Below, piece after piece: positions 1 to 7,107 of a stretch of DNA of 64,000 nucleotides (its first letter is position 1; each line of letters opens with the position of its first letter). The stretch comes from Candidatus Nanoarchaeia archaeon (lineage in GTDB: Archaea; Nanobdellota; Nanobdellia; Woesearchaeales; UBA583), in contig JBNKLP010000001.1 of assembly GCA_050292425.1 (NCBI GenBank), positions 40,075-104,074 of the forward strand. Reading direction: 5' to 3'. The position numbers and the translations under genes are program-made. Under the pieces are notes generated by a model. The model saw nothing but the letters and a program-made list of their open reading frames with translations. It did not search any database and had not been told where the DNA came from.

Positions 1-235
1 CCTTCTCGGAATCTCCGGAAAGCTCTGCAGCCAAATCATCAATGATTGAAGCAGCAGATGTACTGTCAATTGAAGCAGCATCAGCACCAATAACAACCTG
101 ACCATCAAACTTACCGTTTGAAACAAAGTTGTTAGGGTAGTCTCCTAGACCAGCTGCAAATGCAGCACTACTAACCATAACAGCGGAAGCTGCCACAGCA
201 GTAATTCTTTTTGTTGCGTTTTTAAATTTACTCAT
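1..235 (-). CDS. S-layer protein, N-terminal part (runs off window start)
   Basis: Manual translation from ATG at 235: MSKFKNATKRITAVAASAVMVSSAAFAAGLGDYPNNFVSNGKFDGQVVIGADAASIDSTSAASI. Signal peptide plus L.DYP..F...G.....VVIG..A...D pattern typical of euryarchaeal/DPANN S-layer N-termini. Not in the ORF track because truncated. Confidence 0.8.
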   Translation of the reverse strand, partial: MSKFKNATKRITAVAASAVMVSSAAFAAGLGDYPNNFVSNGKFDGQVVIGADAASIDSTSAASIIDDLAAELSGDSEK

Positions 236-441
236 TTTTTTATTATTGTAATTTTGTCTACATGAAACTTTTCTTTGTAGCCAGCAACTTACATATCTTA
301 CCTCGCCAATTCATAATAAAAAGATTTATTACCACTTGACTCGTACAAATCCCAAATAACTACTAACATTAGTAACAGAAAATGATTTGCACTAGCTACC
401 CCAAAATAGTTTCTGGGTTAATAATAAAGTAAGAATATTCA

Positions 442-449
442 TTTATAAA
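442..449 (-). promoter_or_regulatory. Probable TATA box of the S-layer gene (implies a ~185-nt 5' UTR)
   Basis: TTTATAAA octamer upstream of the S-layer ATG; the same octamer precedes many genes in the window. Confidence 0.5.
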
Positions 450-530
450 TATTTTCCTTCAAATACAACAAAATATATAAACAAAACCATAAAAACTACT
501 TAAAATCTATAAATTGGCAATATCAAAATA

Positions 531-538
531 TTTATAAA
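531..538 (+). promoter_or_regulatory. TATA box of the tRNA-Gly/tRNA-Ile unit
   Basis: TTTATAAA ending 29 nt before the tRNA-Gly 5' end, with an A-rich BRE-like stretch upstream. Confidence 0.6.
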
Positions 539-566
539 CAAATCAAGGCTCAAATATTCTATTAAT

Positions 567-638
567 GCATTGGTAGTTTAATGGTTATGACACGAGCTTG
601 CCAAGCTTGTAATCCGGGTTCGATCCCCGGCCAGTGCA
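567..638 (+). tRNA. tRNA-Gly(GCC)
   Basis: Cloverleaf: acceptor GCATTGG/CCAGTGC, anticodon arm CGAGC-TT-GCC-AA-GCTTG, T arm CCGGG-TTCGATC-CCCGG, discriminator A; CCA not encoded. Confidence 0.95.
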
Positions 639-687
639 CTTTTCTATTAACAAATAGAACCTTAGTCCAGACTTCTAATATTCTAAT

Positions 688-825
688 GGAGTATTAGCTC
701 AGCCTGGTTAGAGCGCAGGTCTTATAAGTTCAACGACTCTAGTTGAAACGCAACTGATTGTGCTTTATACAAACTCTTTGGACTAAGACAGCCTGAGGTC
801 CCGAGTTCGAATCTCGGATACTCCA
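688..825 (+). tRNA. tRNA-Ile(UAU) with 63-nt intron at canonical position 37/38 (intron 727..789)
   Basis: Acceptor GGAGTAT/ATACTCC, D arm GCTC/GAGC, anticodon stem CAGGT/GCCTG with loop CT-TAT-A|A, T arm CCGAG-TTCGAAT-CTCGG. Full bulge-helix-bulge: CTTA(721-724)/TAAG(784-787), bulges TA|A and AC|A, flanking helix GTTCAA(728-733)/TTGGAC(778-783). Confidence 0.92.
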
Positions 826-1006
826 CTAAATTTTCTTGAAAATTTATTGTGTTCAGAAATCTTTGATTTCTTTTACTCCACTTATTTTGCAAAAACAACA
901 AAGATGTGAATTTAAACATATATTTTTCACAAAAAACATATATTCACTTGGATAAAAATACAAATATTTATAAATTCAAAAAATTTTCTCACATCAGAAA
1001 TCAAAA

Positions 1007-1414
1007 ATGTCCAATAAACCATATGCCAGACTACCTCAAGGATTCTCTTTAAATCCGGAAAAAAGAATTGCAATGCCATACGGCATAAGTAATATATTAA
1101 TACCTGAATTAACTCCATATAAAAAAATTGAAATATATACACCAGAATATCTCTCTCGAGGAGACTTGGGAGTAATATCTTATTTTGCAGACGAAATTCC
1201 TCCAAGTGCAATAATTTTAGGCAAAATCAGACCTGCAGATAGATTCTCAGGAGACCAGAACTTAACTCCACAACAAATTCCTCAAGGTGAACTAGAACAA
1301 TTAATTGGAGCATTCATTACTGAGTTATCTCAAAAAAACAACAATTTGGACAGATTAAGAATATATTTCCAGCCTAATATAATAACTCAAACAGAAGATA
1401 TTAGAGGTTATTAA
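1007..1414 (+). CDS. Hypothetical protein (135 aa)
   Basis: ATG ORF preceded by a TTTATAAA box; no recognisable motif. Confidence 0.6.
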   Translation: MSNKPYARLPQGFSLNPEKRIAMPYGISNILIPELTPYKKIEIYTPEYLSRGDLGVISYFADEIPPSAIILGKIRPADRFSGDQNLTPQQIPQGELEQLIGAFITELSQKNNNLDRLRIYFQPNIITQTEDIRGY

Positions 1415-1539
1415 CGTAATAATTATTTTCTCTCCTTAAACTTTATACAATAATATTTATACTCTGCGAATCTTGTTCGCAGTGTCTAATAATTCGCACA
1501 ACCGAATTATTTATAAACCAATCTGCATTATTTTTTAGT

Positions 1540-1860
1540 ATGAAAATCCCAAAAGAGATTAAAAGATACTGTCCAAGTTGTAAAAAGCATACAACTCAGA
1601 AAGTAAAAAACGAAAAGAACAGAGGAAGAAACAAGACTACTCCACTTAGTAAGTTCTCACAAATCAGACTTAAACTAAAAGGAAGAACTACTGGAACAGG
1701 AAACACAGGTAGATATGCAAGAGGTGCTCTAAACTCTTGGAAAAGATACAACAAAAAGCACTCAAAAAGAATTGATCTTAGATTTACATGTACTGAATGT
1801 AAAAAGACAAACACAGCATCTGGAAAAGCTCTAAGAACAAAGAAAATCCAGATTGAGTAA
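1540..1860 (+). CDS. rpl44e: 50S ribosomal protein L44e (eL42)
   Basis: MKIPK..KRYCPSCKKHT N-terminus and LRFTCTECKK zinc ribbon. Confidence 0.93.
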   Translation: MKIPKEIKRYCPSCKKHTTQKVKNEKNRGRNKTTPLSKFSQIRLKLKGRTTGTGNTGRYARGALNSWKRYNKKHSKRIDLRFTCTECKKTNTASGKALRTKKIQIE

Positions 1861-1925
1861 ATCCCTTATCATCTTATTTTTAACAAACCTTTTTTAAAAC
1901 AAAACTAATTTTATTATATTAAAAG

Positions 1926-3686
1926 ATGCCAAGACTTGCAATTATTAAAAAAGAGAAATGTAAACCTGACCTTTGCTCATGGCAATGTATGAAACACTGC
2001 CCAGTAAACATGACTGGCTCAGACTGTATTCATGAAGCTAACGATAAAAAAGCAGGAATTGACGAAATACTATGTTCTGGATGTGGAATATGTCCAAAGG
2101 TATGTCCTTTTGATGCGATCACAATCATCAACTTACCAAATATGAAAGACAAAGACCCCGTTCACCAGTATGGACCAAATGGGTTTAGAATATTCGATCT
2201 TCCACTAATTCAGGAAAACTCAATCACCGGAATCATGGGAAGAAACGGAATTGGTAAATCAACAGTAATCAACGTACTTTCAAACACAACAAAAGCAAAC
2301 TTCTCAAAATTTGGCAATGAAAAAATAAATGAAAAAGAATACTTCAAACATCTGAATGACTTATTCAAGGGAACTGCTCTTCAAAACTACTTCAACAAAC
2401 TTGAAAAAGGCCAAATCAAAATCTCCTACAAACCTCAGCAAATAATTAACATCCCTCAAGTTTTCACAGGAAAAGTAATTGAATTACTCTCAAAAGTAAA
2501 CCCAGACAAAGCAAAAATTGAAAAACTTGCCAAAAAACTAAACATTGCAAACATACTTGACAGAGAAATCAAGGTAATCTCAGGAGGAGAACTGCAAAGA
2601 GTTGCAATTTGCTCATCCCTACTAAAACACGACTCAAACCTATTCATATTTGATGAGATAACAAACTATCTTGACATCTACGAAAGACTAAACACCTCAA
2701 GACTAATCAAAGACCAGACTAAAGACAAATCAGCAATCGTTGTAGAGCATGACCTTGTAGTACTTGACTACTTAGTGGATTTCACACACATCATGTACGG
2801 ACAACCCTCAGCATATGGAATGCTAACAGGAATCAAAGCTGCAAAAGTAGGGATAAACGATTACTTACAAGGATACTCCAAAGAAGAGAATGTAAGATTC
2901 AGAGACAAGGCAATCTCATTTGACAAGGAATCGATTACAGAGAGCAAAAAAATAATTGAAATAGCCAAATGGGAACCTGAAACAATAAAAGTTGGAGACT
3001 TCTCACTAGACATATCTGAAGGTGAAATCAAAGAAGGTGAAATCTTGGGAATAATTGGAAGAAATGCTCTTGGAAAATCCACATTCATAAAGCATATCGC
3101 TGCAAAAGGATTTGAAAATGCTACAATCTCTCTAAAACCACAACTAATTCCAAGAAACGAAAATACAGTGCAGGATGAACTATGCATTTATCCAAACTTT
3201 ACAGACAACTTTTATCAAATTTACGTACTTGAACCCCTAAACATAGCTCCTCTTCTTCAGAAAAAAACAAACGAACTATCTGGTGGAGAACTGCAAAGAT
3301 ACGCAATCGCAAAATGTCTACTTGAAAATTCTCAAATTTACTTGCTGGATGAACCAACTGCATTCTTGGACATAGAAGATAGACTAAAAATAGCAAAAAT
3401 GCTAAAAAACTTCATCATGTTAAAAAACAAATCTGCATTCATCATTGATCACGATCTTGTATTCATGGACTACCTTTCAGATAGACTACTTGTATTTCAA
3501 GGAGAACCATCCATCAAAGGAACAGCATCCTCTCCTAAATCAATGAGAGATGGAATGAACTCATTCCTAAAAGAACTTGACATCACATTCAGAAGAGATG
3601 ATAGTAATAAAAGGCCAAGAGTAAACAAAACAGGTTCAGTTAAAGACCAAGAACAAAAAAAGATTGACGAATATTATTATGTATAA
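1926..3686 (+). CDS. rli1: Ribosome recycling ATPase ABCE1/RLI
   Basis: N-terminal Cys-rich 2x[4Fe-4S] domain, two ABC NBDs (GRNGIGKS, SGGELQR twice), C-terminal ITFRRD..RPRVNK motif. Confidence 0.96.
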   Translation: MPRLAIIKKEKCKPDLCSWQCMKHCPVNMTGSDCIHEANDKKAGIDEILCSGCGICPKVCPFDAITIINLPNMKDKDPVHQYGPNGFRIFDLPLIQENSITGIMGRNGIGKSTVINVLSNTTKANFSKFGNEKINEKEYFKHLNDLFKGTALQNYFNKLEKGQIKISYKPQQIINIPQVFTGKVIELLSKVNPDKAKIEKLAKKLNIANILDREIKVISGGELQRVAICSSLLKHDSNLFIFDEITNYLDIYERLNTSRLIKDQTKDKSAIVVEHDLVVLDYLVDFTHIMYGQPSAYGMLTGIKAAKVGINDYLQGYSKEENVRFRDKAISFDKESITESKKIIEIAKWEPETIKVGDFSLDISEGEIKEGEILGIIGRNALGKSTFIKHIAAKGFENATISLKPQLIPRNENTVQDELCIYPNFTDNFYQIYVLEPLNIAPLLQKKTNELSGGELQRYAIAKCLLENSQIYLLDEPTAFLDIEDRLKIAKMLKNFIMLKNKSAFIIDHDLVFMDYLSDRLLVFQGEPSIKGTASSPKSMRDGMNSFLKELDITFRRDDSNKRPRVNKTGSVKDQEQKKIDEYYYV

Positions 3687-3694
3687 AATTAAAA

Positions 3695-4219
3695 ATGAAC
3701 TTTAGACTAGAAAAAATTATTTTTGAAAAAAGTTTTGACAAAAATAAATATTCTAAAGTAATATCATATCTTGAAGAAGAATATATTGGAGACTATATTG
3801 AAGCTATTGAAGAAGAACCTCAAACTTCCATAAGCAACTTAGAAAATGGACTTGAAAACTACTTTTTAGATAAAACTGGAAATCAAACGGAAGTAGAAAT
3901 TATTCCATTACCACAATATGATTATTATCCAAAAGGAACACTAAACAACCCGCAAATATCTGTAACTTTAATATTGAAAGAATATATTGCCAAAGAAATT
4001 AACGATCATCTAATCAATCAAAACTCAAAATTCATGATACCAATAGAAATAAACTTAAGACTGCAAAATGGCAAAGAAATGAAGGGAAGAGTTTTGTATT
4101 TGAGTTTAGAAAAAGAAAAAGGTTACGGAGAAGTTTCTCCTTCTTTTGAAGAAAAATACAAAGATGGTAAAATGCGTTATCCTGGCGAGGAAGATTTAAC
4201 ACCATATCCTTTGCTTTAA
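3695..4219 (+). CDS. Hypothetical protein (174 aa)
   Basis: ATG ORF 8 nt after ABCE1; no recognisable motif. Confidence 0.6.
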   Translation: MNFRLEKIIFEKSFDKNKYSKVISYLEEEYIGDYIEAIEEEPQTSISNLENGLENYFLDKTGNQTEVEIIPLPQYDYYPKGTLNNPQISVTLILKEYIAKEINDHLINQNSKFMIPIEINLRLQNGKEMKGRVLYLSLEKEKGYGEVSPSFEEKYKDGKMRYPGEEDLTPYPLL

Positions 4220-4251
4220 AATTTTAAAACCTATTAAAATTAAAATTAAAC

Positions 4252-4767
4252 TCACTTTTTGGCTTTAGGTTTAGCCTTTGAAGTAGTTATCTTCTTTTTC
4301 ACTGGTACCTTCTTAGTTGTTGAAGCCTTAGAAGCACTAGCTTTCTTTGCTGCTGGTTTCTTTGCTGTAGTTTTTCTCTTTACTGGAGCTTTCTTTGTAA
4401 CATTCTTAGTTGAACTCTTTGCAGAAGTTGCTTTTTTAGAAACTGGCTTTTTCTTAGCAGGAGTCTTCTTAGCTACTGGTCTCTCTGCCTTAACTCTTTC
4501 AATCTTACTATCTGTAGCTATTGCATGTGCCTTAACAGCATGTTCAATATCTCGTCTGGTAATCTTATCCAAACCCTCTCCCTTTGAAGAAAATCCTATA
4601 ATTGAATAAATACCACACCAACCAACAACTCCTGTTGCTAAAAGAATTATACCAACAAAATATGCTGCCCATTGAGCAACACCACTAAATGCAACAAATC
4701 CTAAAATGATAAGTGCAAGCCCTAAAAGAACTCTAATTAATCTCTCTCTATTACCCACATTATTCAT
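4252..4767 (-). CDS. DUF2892/YgaP-like membrane protein with Lys/Ala-rich histone-H1-like C-terminal tail
   Basis: NVG..ER.IR..LG, two TM helices and GWC.IY..IG motif, followed by PAKK/AKK-rich low-complexity tail. Confidence 0.8.
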   Translation of the reverse strand: MNNVGNRERLIRVLLGLALIILGFVAFSGVAQWAAYFVGIILLATGVVGWCGIYSIIGFSSKGEGLDKITRRDIEHAVKAHAIATDSKIERVKAERPVAKKTPAKKKPVSKKATSAKSSTKNVTKKAPVKRKTTAKKPAAKKASASKASTTKKVPVKKKITTSKAKPKAKK

Positions 4768-4833
4768 ATTAGTTAATTTCTGAAAATTGAAATTTATAAA
4801 CTTAACGGATGTTTACACTACTCAGGAAGAAAA

Positions 4834-5523
4834 CTATCTGTAAATTTTTGAATGTTCCTTTGCATCCTTGATTGTCACAATTTTTTTCCCTCGCATCTTC
4901 TTAAAAAATTTCTTTCTTTGATTTCTCAAATAAAATCCATACGAAAGCCCACAAAACATACCAACCAAATGACCGATATGAGCAATTCCAGTACTTGAAG
5001 AAAACATACCTAAAAAATCAAGCAAAAACCAGATAACTCCTGCAACCCACAAAGGCATTGGTATCAAAAAGAAAAACAACAACCTAAGTTTTGGCATCAA
5101 AACAATTAAAGTCCCAATAACTCCCATTACAGCACCACTTGCTCCAAGTGCTGAAGTATAAAAATAACTTGAAATGAAAGACACTAAAAGTCCGGAAATG
5201 ATATACAAACCAAAAAATTTCTTCCAACCAATTTTTTGCTCTAAAAGTAATCCAAAAAGCAAAAGTGCATACATATTAAAAAAAATATGAGCAAAACTTC
5301 CATGCAAAAACATTGTTGTAAGCAAAATCCAAGGCCTTGCAAAAATATCTGATGAAATCATTACCAAATTTTCAGTAAAATTAGGAATAAGAAACTGCAA
5401 AACAAACATAACTATATTAACAAAAATCAAAGGAACTACAGCAGTTCTTGGAACTCTCAACACTACCTTCTTTCTCTGTTCCATTGCCCTGACTTCATCA
5501 TCAAGACTCACATATTCAACCAT
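4834..5523 (-). CDS. Rhomboid family intramembrane serine protease
   Basis: FLHG...HI.FNM, GASGA catalytic Ser and AH.GHL.G catalytic His motifs; multiple TM helices. Confidence 0.93.
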   Translation of the reverse strand: MVEYVSLDDEVRAMEQRKKVVLRVPRTAVVPLIFVNIVMFVLQFLIPNFTENLVMISSDIFARPWILLTTMFLHGSFAHIFFNMYALLLFGLLLEQKIGWKKFFGLYIISGLLVSFISSYFYTSALGASGAVMGVIGTLIVLMPKLRLLFFFLIPMPLWVAGVIWFLLDFLGMFSSSTGIAHIGHLVGMFCGLSYGFYLRNQRKKFFKKMRGKKIVTIKDAKEHSKIYR

Positions 5524-5580
5524 ACATAATAAACGGTAGAAATGTTTATAAAGGTAATCCTTGATAATTTATATAAGAAT

Positions 5581-6543
5581 ATGGACAAATCCAAATCTAT
5601 AATAACTCAAAAAGACCTCCTAATCCTCAGAAAATTATTAGAAGATGGCAGAAAATCATCAGCAAGTATTTCAAAAGAAATAGATTTGGGAAGAGAAATT
5701 GTAAATTATAGAATAAAAAGACTAATAAAAGAAAATTTAATTGTAAAATTTGTTCCTAAAATCAATGAAAAGGCAATGCACTACCAAGAATACATAATTC
5801 TACTAAAACTAAACCTTGACGATGAATTATCCAAAGAAAAATTCATAAGAGAAACAATAGGAAACAAATACTTAATCTGGACAGTAAAATCCCAATCAGG
5901 ATGGGATTTGATTGTAAGATTGTACTCTCAATCTATTGATGAATTCAAAATAAAACTCTCAGAAATACTCGAAAACTTCTCAGATGTACTTGCAAGCTAC
6001 TACACAATAATCAACTCAGAAGAAATCAAACAAAATGAAAAACAAATCCTATCAAAAAACTTATTTGAAGAAAACTTAACTAATAAGGATTTCAACATAA
6101 TCAAAAACGAAACAATAATTCAAACTGATGAAAAGGACAAGGAAATACTTGACATACTAGAACAAGATGCAAGAATTCAATACAAAGAAATTGCAGATAA
6201 ATTAAACATATCATCTGATACAGTAAAATACAGAATAGATAAAATGAAAGAAGCAGGAATCATTGAAAACTTTATGCCAGTAATAAACTTCAACAAGCTA
6301 GGATTATACTCCTTTGCAGCAATACTTAAACTCTCATACTTAACAAAACAACAGGAATCTGAAGTAAATGAATTTATATCCTCACTAGACTGCGTTGCAA
6401 GAGCAATCAAGAATTTGAACTCCGAAGAATTCTTTCTCAACTTAATTTTCAGCAAAAAAGATGAAATAGAAAACTTCAAAGATAAAATCAACTCAAAATT
6501 TTCAAATAAAATTGAGAACTTTGAAATATTTGATATTGATTAA
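5581..6543 (+). CDS. Lrp/AsnC family transcriptional regulator with two tandem HTH+RAM units
   Basis: Two Lrp HTH units (KDLLILRKLLEDGR...V.YRIKRL and KDKEILDILEQDAR...VKYRIDKM); start moved to ATG 5581, downstream of a TATA box. Confidence 0.88.
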   Translation: MDKSKSIITQKDLLILRKLLEDGRKSSASISKEIDLGREIVNYRIKRLIKENLIVKFVPKINEKAMHYQEYIILLKLNLDDELSKEKFIRETIGNKYLIWTVKSQSGWDLIVRLYSQSIDEFKIKLSEILENFSDVLASYYTIINSEEIKQNEKQILSKNLFEENLTNKDFNIIKNETIIQTDEKDKEILDILEQDARIQYKEIADKLNISSDTVKYRIDKMKEAGIIENFMPVINFNKLGLYSFAAILKLSYLTKQQESEVNEFISSLDCVARAIKNLNSEEFFLNLIFSKKDEIENFKDKINSKFSNKIENFEIFDID

Positions 6544-7077
6544 TTATTCTATCAACTTTAACAAAAAAGGAAATTCCTTATATGGTTGATTATATGAAGA
6601 TGAACCCATATGCCCTTCTCCATATCTAATTATCAAAGTTCCTCCTAACTTATCAAACATCTTTCTTCCCTGAGTATCATCACAGCCCCAAGGATCATTA
6701 TCCGAATTAATAAAAATAATATCATCAACATTTGACTTGATTCTCTTCCAATCATATGAATCTTGAAGAATATTTGAACTTAAAGTATCAATAAAACCAG
6801 AAACTAAAATTGCTTGCTTAATCTTGACATTAATATTCTCAAGAATACTCAATATCAATGGACTACCTGCACTATGTCCAATTAAAATTGTATCCTCATC
6901 AAATTCATAATTCGACAAAACAAAAGGAAGCCAATCATCCAATTTTGATTTATCTGAGTTTGGTAAATTTGGAACATCTACAACATATCCTTGTTTCTCT
7001 AGATTCTCTTTAATGTATGGATACCAATACATTTCAGGTGAACAACCAGTACCATGCAAAATTATTACTTTAGTCAT
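6544..7077 (-). CDS. Alpha/beta hydrolase, RBBP9/YdeN family
   Basis: IILHG, GHSAG nucleophile elbow, SDNDP and GH motifs. Confidence 0.9.
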   Translation of the reverse strand: MTKVIILHGTGCSPEMYWYPYIKENLEKQGYVVDVPNLPNSDKSKLDDWLPFVLSNYEFDEDTILIGHSAGSPLILSILENINVKIKQAILVSGFIDTLSSNILQDSYDWKRIKSNVDDIIFINSDNDPWGCDDTQGRKMFDKLGGTLIIRYGEGHMGSSSYNQPYKEFPFLLKLIE

Positions 7078-7107
7078 AAACTATTATTGTCAAAAACTTT
7101 TATAAAT

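Noticed and set aside
727..789. tRNA-Ile intron as a C/D-box guide RNA
   Set aside because: A CTGA is present but there is no convincing RTGATGA C box; only small alternative hairpins.
722..919. 65-aa minus-strand ORF
   Set aside because: Antisense to the intron-containing tRNA-Ile; no protein features.
5542..5580. Longest-ORF upstream starts (also 32954-33010, 43455-43520, 57370-57435, 58233-58298)
   Set aside because: Extensions overlap TATA boxes; downstream ATGs fit the protein families better.
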